Below are positions 11,010 to 22,329 of a stretch of DNA of 64,000 nucleotides, one piece after another. The translations under genes and the position numbers were made by a program. This stretch comes from Hemiscyllium ocellatum. Lineage: Eukaryota. Within the stretch, counting starts at the first letter, position 1, and the number at the start of each line of letters is the position of its first letter. Below the pieces are notes generated by a model that saw only the letters and a program-made list of their open reading frames with translations, did not search any database and had not been told where the DNA came from. The stretch is taken from assembly GCF_020745735.1 (NCBI RefSeq), contig NW_026867525.1, positions 1 to 64,000 of the forward strand, given 5' to 3'.

Positions 11010-11982
11010 GGCATGATTTCCCACGCACAAACAATGTTGACTATCCCTCATCAGTCCTTGCCTTTCCAAATACATGTACATCCTGTCCCTCAGGATTCCC
11101 TCCAACAGCTTGCCCACCACTGACATCAGGCTCACTGGTCTATAGTTCCCTGGCTCATCCTTACCACCTTCCTTAAATAATGGCACCATGTTAGCCAACC
11201 TCCAGTCTTCTGGCACCTCACCTGTCACTATCGATGATACAGATATCTCAGCCAGGGGCCCAGCAATCACTTCCCTTGCTTTCCAGAGTTCTAGGGTACA
11301 CCTGATCAGGTCCTGGGGATTTATCCACTTTTATGTGTTTCAAGACATTCAGCACCTCCTCCTCTGTAATATGGACATTTTGCAAGATGTCACCATCTAT
11401 TTCCCTACATTCTGTATCTTCCATGTCCTTTTCCACTGTAAACACAGATGCAAAATACCCTTTTAATGTCTCCCCCAGCTCCTGCAGCTCCACACAAAGG
11501 CCGCCTTGCTGATCTTTGAGGGGCCCTATTATCTCCCTACTTACCCTTTTGACCTTAATGGATTTGTAAAATCCCTTTGGATTCTCCTTAACTCTATTTG
11601 CCAAAGCTATCTCATGCCCCCTTTTTGCCTTCCTGATTTCCCTCTTCAGTATACTCCTACTACCTTTATACTCTTCTAAGCATTCACTCGATTTATCCTG
11701 ACATATGCTTCCTTGTTTTCCTGAACCAAACCCTCAATTTCTCTGGTCATCCAGCTATACCAACCTACTCCTACACCTACCAGCCCTTCCTTTCACCCTA
11801 ACAGGAATACAGTGTCTCTGGCCTCTCGTTATCTCATTTCTGAAGGTTTCCCATTTTCCAGTTGTCCCTTTACCTGTGAACATCTGCTCCCAATCAACTT
11901 TGGAAAGTTCTTGCCTAATACCGTCAAAATGGGCCTTCCTCCAATTTAGAACTTCAGTTTTTAGATCCGGTCTGTTCTTTTC
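11010..11982 (-). mobile_element. CR1 LINE ORF2 fragment (endonuclease-RT linker and start of RT), frameshifted
   Basis: LANRVKENPKGFYKSIK, DKSPGPDQVYPRTL and GEVPEDWRLANMVPLFK..PGNYRPVSL motifs. Confidence 0.92.
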
Positions 11983-12304
11983 AAAGAACAAAGAAAATCT
12001 ACAGCCCAGGACCAGGCCCTTCGGCCCCTCCAAGCCTGAGCCTATCCAAATGTACTGTCTAAACCTGTCGGTCCATTCCTGAGCATCTGTATCCCTCTGC
12101 CCCCCACCCCCTCACGCATCTGTCCAGACGCAGCTCAAATTAATCTCCTGTACCTGCCTCTCCCACCTCTGCTGGCAACGCGTTCCGAACGCCCCCCAAC
12201 CCTCTGTGTGTGAGGTACGTACCGCCTGTATCCCCCAAAACCTTCCCACCTCTCACCTCGACAGCGTGATCTCTCGTTAGTGAATCCCTCACCCTGGGGA
12301 AAAA

Positions 12305-12985
12305 CCTGTCTCTATCCCCCCCGCCTCTATCCCCCTCTGTCCCTACCCCGCTCTGTCCCTATCCCCCCCGTCCCTATCCCCCCCTGTCTCTATCCCCCCT
12401 GTCTCTATCCCCCCCTGTCTCTCTCCCCCTCTGTCCCTATCCCCCCCGTCTCTATCCCCCCTGTCTCTATCCCCCCTGTCTCTATCCCCCCCGTCTCTCT
12501 CCCCCCCGTCTCTCTCCCCCCTGTCTCTCTCCCCCCCTGTCTCTATCCCCCCCGTCTCTATCCCCCCCTGTCTCTATCCCCCCTGTCTCTATCCCCCCTG
12601 TCTCTATCCCCCCCGTGTCTCTCTCCCCCCGTCCCTATCCCCCCCATCTCTATCCCCCCTGTCTCTATCCCCCCGTCTCTCCCCCTCTGTCCCTATCCCC
12701 CCCTGTCTCTATCCCCCCCTGTCTCTATCCCCCCCGTCTCTCTCCCCCCCGTCTCTCCCCCTCTGTCCCTATCCCCCCCGTCTCTCTCCCCCCCTGTCTC
12801 TCTCCCCCCGTCTCTCTCCCCCCGTCTCTATCCCCCCCTGTCTCTATCCCCCCCGTCTCTCTCCCCACCGTCTCTCCCCCTCTGTCCCTATCCCCCCCTG
12901 TCTCTCTCCCCCCCGTCTCTCTCCCCCCCCGTCTCTCCCCCTCTGTCCCTATCCCCCCCGTCTCTCTCCCCCCCCCCTGTCTATA
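12305..12985. repeat. Low-complexity C/T minisatellite (ctatccccccctgtct)n within a decayed CR1 3' end (~11985-13040)
   Basis: Tandem 14-17 nt units; flanks read as a CR1 3' region on -. Confidence 0.85.
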
Positions 12986-13106
12986 CCCTTCATGATTTTG
13001 TAAACCTCACTCGGGTCCCCCCCCAATCTCCTTGTTTCTAACCTCCTCACCCTCCGGTCCCAGCCAGCACCGTCCACACCAGGCCCCACCCTGAACAAAC
13101 CCGTAC

Positions 13107-13124
13107 CTTCCTCATGTCCAACAT
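13107..13124 (-). CDS. C1q-domain gene A, exon 1 coding part (MLDMRK)
   Basis: ATG..AGG AAG|gtacgg donor supplies a basic n-region for the signal peptide; gene B has the equivalent MAGIRK|gtaacg. Confidence 0.65.
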
Positions 13125-13465
13125 CACGGCCGGAGAGTGGGGTCACAAGGAGTGTCGCGATGCAGCCGAGAGCTGTCTCCGAATAGAAAGACAGAGGAAG
13201 GGACCGACAGAGAGAGAGATTCAGAGATAGAGGGAGGGAGGGGAGGGAGGGAGGGGAGGGAGGGGAGGACAAGACGAACCTGGAGATAGGAGCAAAGTCC
13301 ACAGGATGCAGGCAGCCGGCTGGAACAGAACAATGAGTCTCCGAGTGGATGCGGACCAGGATCCCGCTCCGTCCAATGGTGTGTACCAACCCTGGCTGGA
13401 TCCAATCCCATCACCCCCCAACACCCCACCTCAAACCACTGAGGAGGCTCACTCTACAACCAGCA

Positions 13466-13716
13466 CAGCTCCCTCTACACTGTCCCCCCCATAAACACTC
13501 CCAGGGACAGGGACAGCACGAGGTTAGATACAGAGTAAAGCTCCCTCTACACTGTCCCCCCATCAAACACTCCCAGGGACAGGGACAGCACGGGGTTAGA
13601 TACAGAGTAAAGCTCCCTCTACACTGTCCCACCATCAAACACTCCCAGGGACAGGGACAGCACGGGGTTAGATACAGAGTAAGGCTCCCTCTACACTGTC
13701 CCCCCATCAAACACTC
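13466..13716. repeat. 57-bp minisatellite family, reverse orientation
   Basis: Reverse complement of the 78-1056 unit, about 4 copies. Confidence 0.92.
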
Positions 13717-13717
13717 C

Positions 13718-14780
13718 GATTCCGATGGGGATTTCTCTGAATGGAGGCAGGTTGAGCGTGGTGTTCCCCGGGGATCGGTGCTGGGAATGCTTGCTTTTCC
13801 TGATGTATGTCAACAATTTGGGGACGGATGTTGAGGGGAAAGTTTCTCAATATGCAGATGATTCTGACCGAGGGGACACAGTGAATTGTGAGAAGGTTTC
13901 ATAAGGACATCGGAACTAGTAGCAGGCCATTCTGCCCCTCCCAGGCTGCTGTCCCATTCATGGCTGATCTTCGGCCTCAGCTCCAGTTCCCCGCCCTCTC
14001 ACCCTAACCCTTAATGCCCTTCCTGTTCCAAAATCCACCTTCCCCTCAAAACCATGCGAGGGAGGGGGCTAGCCGGAGCTGGGCAGTGGATCCCAGAGAT
14101 TCCTGACCCTCTGGGAGCTGGGGTTCCTCCTCAGCTCCGTCTGAACCCTCCTCCCCCCCGGGATGGTGAGGGTGTACTCCCCCCTCCCATTCCTCCTGTC
14201 CAGTGAGAAACCCCCTCCCCTCCTCCTACCACATCGATTCCCTCCATCCGATGAGCATCCTCCCAACCTCTCAGAGGGACGGTGACAGGTTGGTCTAAAT
14301 GGACAGACGCCTGGACATTGGATTTCCGTCCAGAGAGGGATTGTATTTTTAAGAAACATGGACAGAGAGAGAGAGACAGCCCAGACTCAATGGGACAAGG
14401 AATGCAGGAGCAGTGGGATCTCGGGGATCGTGTACATGATTCTCCGAAGCTGTCCAGGCAACGTAAAACAGTTGTTACAAAGACGTACAAGATCCTTGGG
14501 TTTCTACGTCGAGAGACAGAGTATAGAAGCTCGACAATGATGCTACACCTCGACATCACCCTCGGAGTACCGCGTTCAGATCTGGGCGGAAGGCTGTTGT
14601 GCGAAGGGGATTCACTGAAATTATCCCGGGGCGAGGGGTTTTAGACTCAAGGAAGGGTTAGAGAGATTGGGCTGACTGTCCTCAGGACTGAGAAGGTGAA
14701 GAGGTAACCTTTCGTGAGGTGCTCAAAACGATGAACCATTTTGACAGGGTCATGAAGGATGTCTCTGTTCGCGAGTCTTG
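13718..14780 (+). mobile_element. Decayed CR1 RT region, interrupted by an inverted CR1 3' fragment (~13900-14270)
   Basis: FSEWRQVERGVPRGSVLG...SQYADD; later QWDLG..VHDSPK...YKILGFLRRETEYRS. Confidence 0.75.
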
Positions 14781-14954
14781 AGAGGATTTCTCGCTCAGGA
14801 TGTGGTTCTGGAGGGAGGTTTGCTTTTTATTAAGATCGAAATCGTGTCCCGCATCACTTCAGTTATAGAATAGACACGGTGTTAGCAATAAAAATAAAAG
14901 TGGTCATTCAGAAATGAAATCAAAGCACCCAGGGCCACAGAGAGAGAGGACAGA

Positions 14955-15293
14955 GGGGAGAGTGGGATTAGACTGGGTGGGATATTAAAGGGAGTGGGGA
15001 CTGAGGGGGGAGAGTGGGATTAGACTGGGTGGGATATTAAAGGGAGTGAGGGGGGAGAGTGGGATTAGACTGGGTGGGATATTAAAGGGAGCGGGGAGTG
15101 AGGAGGAGAGTGGGATTAGACTGGGTGGGATATTAAAGGGAGTGGGGAGTGAGGGGGGAGAGTGGGATTAGACTGGGTGGGATATTAAAGGGAGCGGGGA
15201 GTGAGGGGGGAGAGTGGGATTAGACTGGGTGGGATATTAAAGGGAGTGGGGAGTGAGGGGGGAGAGTGGGATTAGACTGGGTGGGATATTAAA
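14955..15293. repeat. ~44-bp repeat (gagagtgggattagactgggtgggatattaaagggagtggggagtgagggg)n
   Basis: About 7 units; also at 3938-4075 and 16895-17035, i.e. downstream of both C1q genes. Confidence 0.92.
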
Positions 15294-15775
15294 TGGAAGG
15301 TTTATTTTCAGATGTTTCGTCATCCTACTCGGTCACATCATCAGTGAGCCTCTGGACAAAGCACTGCTGATGATTCCTGCTTTCTATTTGTATGTTTGGC
15401 TTTTTTGGGGTTGGTGATGTCATTTCCTATGGTGATGTCATTTCCTGTGATGTCATTTCCTGCGGTGATGTCATTTCCCATGGTGATGCCATTTCCCATT
15501 CTTTTTCTCAGGGGGTGGTAAATGGGGTGCGACTCAATGTGTTTGTTGACAGGGTGGAGTATCTCCTCCTTTTACTACCCCCTGAGAAAAACAGGAAATG
15601 GCATCACCACAGGAAATGACATCATCGTCAACCCAAAGAAACCCAAACATACAAACAGAAAGCAGGGACCATCAGCAGGGCTTCTCCCGGAGGCTCACTG
15701 AAGATGTTACCCAGCACGGTGACGAAACGTCTGGAACCTAACCCTCCAGCTCAGTGAGCAAACCTACATCCGGAT
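15294..15775. mobile_element. Penelope-derived inverted-repeat element with a hammerhead core in the right arm
   Basis: Imperfect arms (cagatgtttcgtc...gtgagcctc / gaggctcac...gacgaaacgtctg); CTGAAGA-stem-GAAACGTC at 15698-15731. Confidence 0.7.
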
Positions 15776-17085
15776 GTTCTGTTCCCGCTGGTCAGTATGT
15801 CGGCAACGAGGGATCGCAGTTTCAATATTGTCAGCGAGACAGCCAGCAGTTAGATGGGGAGAAACAACTTCCCCCAGATACCTGCCTGGGAGAGGGGGGG
15901 GGGCAGCTGGATTTCCCAGGGGGTTCCGCAGAGAGCTGGGTATTATATATTTATTTGTAAGGGATGGAGTCGGAGTGTTACAGACTGAGGGCTGGAGAGT
16001 AGGAACAGCTGGGTAGCTCTTTCAGGAGCCAGCACCAACTTGATAGGTCGAATGGCCTCCTTCTGTACTGTAACATTCCATGCCTCTGTACGGGGGGATC
16101 AAAATGGGCAGAGTCAGCAATGGATTTGCAAACGGGAAGTTGGGATTTGGAGGTGGCGATGTTTCTAACAAAGTGGGGTAATGGGCGGCCAAGGGATGTA
16201 ACATAACTGCATTCTCAGAAAGATATTCTAACCACACGAGGGCTGGGCACTACGGTGACATCACATGGGATAGGAGGGAATGGTCTGTCATGGATCCAGA
16301 GATCAGGAATAACTGGGTCAGGCTCCCATTGACCAGCTCTGACTAGTCAGGTCAAAGAACAGTACAGCGCAGGAACAGGCCCTTCGGCCCTCCTAGCCCA
16401 TGCTGACACATTTTGCCCTTCCATACTAAAACTGCCTTCCCTTACAGGATCCGTATCCCACTATTCCCTTCCTATTCCTGTATCCGTCCAGGGGCAATGC
16501 TGCTGTTGTATTGGCGTTCTCTGACAGTGCATTCCAGCACTCACCTCCCACCGCCCCCCCCACCTGTATGTGTGAAAAACCTGCCTCACCCATCTCTATT
16601 AAACATCCCTCGCCCCCTTCCCTGCACCTTGAACCTGTGTTCCCCAGTAACTGATCCCTCCACCCCAGGAAAAAGCCCAACAGTATCCACTCTCGGCCTC
16701 ACCAATGTCCTTGGGTAGCTATACAAATGTAAATGTGCATGAGATAATTCAGGAGATAAATTGCCTTCTACAGGTTTTCATTAAGATCAAAATCACATCA
16801 GTTACAGAACAGACACGATGTTAGCAATAAAAATAAAAGTGGTCATTCAGAAATGAAATCAAAGCACCCAGGGCCACAGAGAGAGAGGACAGAGGGGAGA
16901 GTGGGATTAGACTGGGTGGGATATTAAAGGGAGCGGGGAGTGAGGGGGGAGAGTGGGATTAGACTGGGTGGGATATTAAAGGGAGCGGGGAGTGAGGGGG
17001 GAGAGTGGGGTTAGACTGGGTGGGTATTAAAGGGAGCAGGAATGTTGGCGGATGTTGGACTGCTCGCGGCGGTATTCCGATGTTC

Positions 17086-17483
17086 CTACACAGCTGAGAG
17101 CAGCAGTCCCTGGAAGCTGATGGCCCTCTGTTCAGTCCAGACCCCTCCCTGCTCCAGAGTGACCCAGACTCTGTCTCCCACGTTGAGGGAGAGGATGACT
17201 GTGACAGATGCTGTCTGTGCCTGGTCTGCTTTCAGGACGCTGTGGATGTAATTCACCCGTTCCTGATTGACCACGAGGTGTATCGCTGTGTCCAGTGAGT
17301 CGGTCTTGCCCAGCAGGGAGTAGGTGAACTGGTATATGCCGGTCACAGGGGCAGAGAACGTCCCGGTCGCTGGGTCATACCCCTGACCCTGGTTCACCGT
17401 CACCTGGTCATAGAGGATGGGTTTCTGTACCTCGGGGTCCCTCCGATCAGAAACATAGGCACTGAAGATCACCCTCGGAACAT
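17086..17483 (-). CDS. C1q-domain gene B, exon 4: globular C1q domain
   Basis: YVPRVIFSA...LYDQVTVNQGQGYDPATGTFSAPVTGIYQFTYS...ILSLNVGDRVWVTL...FQGLLL; cactag| acceptor phase 1. Confidence 0.93.
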
Positions 17484-17761
17484 CTAGTGAGGGAGGTCAA
17501 GGGGATGGAGTGAGTGTGGGAGGGAGCAACGGAGGTGGGTGACAATTACAACAACAACCTGCATTCACCCTGCACCCGTCACAACACAAATCATTTGCAG
17601 TTCCCCACGTGCAGTGAATTGCACCCGTTTCCCCCCCCCCACCCACCAGGAGGGGAGGGGTTTTCAGAGGTCAGGGAGGGAGACTGGGACGGACACCGGA
17701 GCTCTGGGTGTGTGGGGGAGCTCAGGCCATTGCCCACCCCACCCCCCATCCACATGCCCAG

Positions 17762-18990
17762 ACCAGCCCAGCCCAGTCCAGTCCAGTCCAGTCCAGTCCA
17801 CTCCAGTCCAGTCCAGTCTAGCCCACCCCTGCCCACCCCAGTCCAGTCCAGTCCAGCCGAGCCCAGTCCACTCCAGCCCACTCCAGTCCAGCCCAGCCCA
17901 GCCCAGTCCAGCCCAGCCTGGCCCAGTCCAGTCCAGTCCAGTCCAGCCCACCCCTGCCCACCCCAGTCCAGTCCAGTCCAGTCCAGTCCAGCCCACCCCA
18001 GTCCAGTCCAGTCCAGTCCAGCCCACCCCAGTCCAGTCCAGTCCAGCCCACCCCTGCCCACCCCAGCCCAGTCCACCCCAGCCCAGTCCAGTCCAGCCCA
18101 CCCCAGTCCAGTCCAGTCCAACCCAGCCCACCCCAGTCCAGTCCAGTCCAGTCCAGTCCAGCCGAGCCCAGTCCACACCAGCCCACTCCAGTCCAGCCCA
18201 CCCAAGTCCAGTCCAGTCCAGTCCAACCCAGCCCAACCCAGTCCAGTCCAGTCCAGTCCAACCCACCCCACCCCACCCCAGCCCAGTCCAGTCCACCCCA
18301 GCCCAGTCCAGTCCAGCCCACCCCAGTCCAGTCCAGTCCAGTCCAACCCAGCCCACCCCAGTCCAGTCCAGTCCAGTCCAGCCAAGCCCAGTCCACACCA
18401 GCCCACTCCAGTCCAGCCCACCCAAGTCCAGTCCAGTCCAGTCCAACCCAGCCCAACCCAGTCCAGTCCAGTCCAGTCCAACCCACCCCAGCCCACTCCA
18501 GTCCAACCCACCCCAGCCCAGTCCAGTCCAGTCCAGTCCAGTCCAGTCCAGCCCACTCCAGTCCAACCCACCCCAGCCCAGTCCATTCCAGTCCAGTCCA
18601 GCCGAGCCCAGTCCACACCAGCCCACTCCAGTCCAGCCCACCCAAGTCCAGTCCAGTCCAGTCCAACCCAGTCCAGTCCAGTCCAGTCCACTCCAGTCCA
18701 ACCCACCCCAGCCCACTCCAGTCCAACCCACCCCAGCCCAGTCCAGTCCAGTCCAGTCCAGCCGAGCCCAGTCCACACCAGCCCACTCCAGTCCAGCCCA
18801 GCACAGTCCAGTCCAGCCTGGCCCAGTCCAGTCCAGTCCAGTCCAGCCCAGCCCGGTCCAGTCCAGCCTGGCCCAGTCCAGCCGAGTCCAGTCCACTCCA
18901 GCCCACTCCAGTCCAGCCCAGCCCAGTCCAGTCCAGCCTGGCCCAGTCCAGTCCAGTCCAGTCCAGTCCATCACAGCTCAGCCCATCCCA
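17762..18990. repeat. (CCAGT/CCAGC)n pentanucleotide-based satellite
   Basis: About 1.2 kb of degenerate 5-mers; source of the long spurious PVQSS/WTGLD ORFs. Confidence 0.97.
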
Positions 18991-19119
18991 GCCCACACCT
19001 CTGAATGCTTGGGAGAGGGAATGGGGTTCCCTGGAACGTGGCCTGGACTGCCAGCAGAGGGAGGTTAAACATGGATTGTCTTTAACCTGACAGCAGAATG
19101 TTCTGGAAGGATATTATTA

Positions 19120-19620
19120 AACAGGACTGCATTCCGGAGAGATTTCCCGGGATGTTGCCGGGAATGGGAGGGTGGGAGTTATAACGAAAGGCTGGATAGG
19201 CCGGGAGTCTGTTCCCCGGAGCGTCGGAGGCTGAGGGGTGACCTTATAGAGGTTTATAAAACCATGAGGGGGACAGAGAGGGTGAATGGGGGGTGTCCAT
19301 TCCCCCAGGGTGGGGGGGATTTGAAGACCAGGGGGGCACAGGTTTAAGGGGAGAGGGGAGGGATTTAAAACAGACACAAGGGACAACAGTTTTCCCCAGA
19401 GGGTGGTCCGTGTGTGGGATGACCTTCCTGAGGAAGTGGGAGGGAGGGGGACAGTTACAACGTTTAAAAGGGATTTGGATAAGGACATGGACAGGGAAGG
19501 GTTGGAGGGAGATGGGCCCGGAGCAGGCGGGGGAGGGGGGACTGGGTTAGTTTGGGGATGAGGGTCAGCACGGGCTGGATGGGCCGAAGGGTCTGTTTCC
19601 ATGCTGTGGGACTCTATGAG
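19120..19620 (+). mobile_element. CR1 LINE 3' end fragment
   Basis: RRRLRGDLIEVYKTMRG...TRGHRFKGRG motif and CR1-type 3' UTR; a closely related copy lies inverted at 33810-34220. Confidence 0.85.
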
Positions 19621-19697
19621 GGCTGTGGACAGGGGGGTTAGTCAGAGACATTTCCCTAGATTGGAAATGTCAAATACGAGGGGGTGTGGGTTTACAG

Positions 19698-20360
19698 TGA
19701 GGGGGGGGGGGGAGGGAGGGGATGGTACACACTGCTGTTACTGAGGGGGTTGGGGGGGAGGGAGGGGATGGTACACACTGCTGTTACTGAGGGGGGTGGG
19801 GGGGAGGGAGGGGATGGTACACACTGCTGTTACTGAGGGGGGGTGGTGGGAGGAGGGGATGGTACACACTGCTGTTACTGAGGGGGGTGGGGGAGGGGAT
19901 GGTACACACTGCTGTTACTGAGGGGGGGTGTGGGGGGAGGGAGGGGATGGTACACACTGCTGTTACTGAGGGGGGGGGTGGGGGGGAGAGAGGGGATGGC
20001 ACACACTGCTGTTACTGAGGGGGGGTGGGGGGAGGGGAGGTAGGGGATGGTACACACGGCTATTACTGAGGGGGTTGGGGGGAGGGAGGGGATGGTACAC
20101 ACTGCTGTTCCTGAGGGGGGGTGGGGGGAGGGAGGGGATGGTACACACTGCTGTTACTGAGGGGGAGTGTGGGGGGGGGAGGGGATGGTACACACTGCTG
20201 TTACTGAGGGGGGTGGGGGGAGGGAGGGGAGGGTACACACTGCTGTTACTGAGGGGGGGTGGGGGGAGGGAGGGGAGGGTACACACTGCTGTTACTGAGG
20301 GGGGGTGGGGGATAGGGAGGGGAGGGTACACACTGCTGTTACTGAGGGGGGGTGGGGGGA
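19698..20360. repeat. ~43-bp G-rich minisatellite (gggatggtacacactgctgttactgagGn)n
   Basis: About 15 tandem units. Confidence 0.95.
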
Positions 20361-20389
20361 GTGAGGGGATTTTTGTGGGTGTGGGGCCG

Positions 20390-20720
20390 GGGGCTGCTTT
20401 GTCCCTGGATGGTGTCGAGCTTCTCGAGTGTTGTTGGAGCTGCCCCCACCCAGGGGCAAGTGGGGAGTATTCCCTCCCCCCTCCTGCCTTGGGCCTTGTC
20501 GATGGGGGGGACAGGCTTTGGGGGGAGTCAGGAGGGGAGTCACTCGCTGCAGGATTCCCAGCCTCTGACCTGCTCTTGGAGCCGCTGGGTTGAGGTGGTG
20601 GGTCCTGGTGGGTTTCTGGTCAGTGGTAACCCCCAGGATGTTGGGGGGTGGGGGGGGGAGGGGGGAGACAGGGTTATGGGAAGGTGGTTCGAGTGTCTCT
20701 TGTTGGTGATGGTCACACCC
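20390..20720 (-). mobile_element. CR1/L2-group LINE RT C-terminal fragment
   Basis: NILGVTTDQK....HLN..A.RAGQRLGILQRVTPLLTP. Confidence 0.7.
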
Positions 20721-21049
20721 TGACCCTGGTGGAACCCTCTGTCCTCTCAATGGTGTTGGGTTCCTGAACAGCCGTCCCTCCCTTCCCCACCTCCCATTGC
20801 GTTCGGAAGCTGGGCTGAGCAATATAATGTCCCCCAAATGCCTTCCAGAGGTACCATCACATCTCCATTGGAGGAGAAGACCTAGGAGTAGCAGTAGACC
20901 ATTCAGCCCATCGAGTCTGCTACGCTATTCAATGAGATTATGGCTGGTCTGATCACCCTGCCCATTCCCACCCCCTGGATTCCACCCCTTTCTGTCTCCC
21001 CTCTGCTCTGAACACCCTCGGTGCCCCACCCTTGAGAGAGGTCTGTGGT

Positions 21050-21790
21050 AAAGAACATGGAACAGTCCAGCACAGTGTGGGCCATTCGGCCCTCGATATT
21101 GTGCCAGCCTTCTATCCTCCTCTAAGATCAGACTAGCCCCCATCCCCTTCACTGTAACGTCACCCATGGGCCTATCCAAGAGTCGCTTCAATGTCCCTAA
21201 TGTCTCTGACTCTGCTCCTACCACTGGCAGTGTATCCCCCCCCACCCCCCACTCTCTGTGTGAAGACCCTCCCTCTGACATCACCCCGAAACCTTCCTCC
21301 AATCACCTGAACATCCTGCCCCCCCCTCGGTGATAGACATCCCCACCCTGGGGAAAGGTTATCCGCTCTGTCTCTGTCTCCCATCGTCTTGTCACCCTCT
21401 GTCATGTCCCCTCTCATCCTTCTACACCCCAATGGGAAAAGTCCTCGCTCCCTCCACCTTTCCCCATCAGACACACCCTCCAATCCAGGCAGCATCCTGG
21501 GAAATCCCCTCTGCACCCTCTCTACACCTTCCACATCCTTCCTATAATGAGGTGACCAGAACTGGACACAATATTCTCAGTGTGGTCTAACCAGGGCTGT
21601 GTAGAGCTGCAGCAGGACCTCGCCGCTCTTAAACTCAATCCCCCGCGAATGAAAGCCATCACACAGTCCGCCTTCTGAATAACCACTTGGGGGGCAGCTC
21701 GGAGGGATGTATGGACATGGACCCCCAGGTCCCTCTGATCCTCCACACTGCCATGAATCCCCTGCCTTTATCCCTGTATTCTGTAATCTC
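21050..21790 (-). mobile_element. CR1 LINE 3' fragment
   Basis: EDQRDLGVHVHTSL; LERVQRGFPRMLPGLEG-like; RRMRGDM motifs. Confidence 0.85.
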
Positions 21791-22329
21791 CCCCTCGGAG
21801 AGGGAATAAGTCCTCTGTCTCTGTCTTCAGTGGGCTGGCCCCTTACTCTGAGAAGGTGCCTCTCTGGGTCCCAGACTCTCCCTCAGAAAGGGGAGAGCGC
21901 CGTCTCCACATCTCTCCCCATCCCCTGACCCTACCCTGAGGACCTGGAACATTCCAGTAAAGTCACCTTTCATTCTGCTGAACTCCGAGTTCAGGGGCAG
22001 GACATCAACCTGTCAATGCTGGCCGGGCGCCAATCCCTGGGCGTGACCTCTCTCTCGGGCAGGCTGAGGAAGCTGGGTGAACAACGGGAGAGGGTCAGGA
22101 GGGTGGTACAGGGTCCTCATGGATATCCCTGGTCCAGTGCCCAAACCATTTGGGCCGGAACACTGGGAGAGCCGGCCCTCACAACTCCCCGAGATGGAGA
22201 AAGGTTGGTTCTGGAGGAAAGTGATGGAGGGGAGACATGGGCAGGTTCTTGATTGTCAAAGGGGTCAGGGGTTACGGGGAGATAGCGGGAGAATGGGGTT
22301 GAGAACCCTGTTGGGTAGGAGACAGTGAG

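Noticed and set aside
12280-13041. 253-aa Pro-rich ORF
   Set aside because: Translation of a C/T low-complexity repeat inside a decayed CR1 end.
17514-19068. Long ORFs of 390-510 aa (PVQSS / WTGLD repeats)
   Set aside because: Translation of a stop-free (CCAGT)n satellite, open in several frames on both strands, inside an intron.
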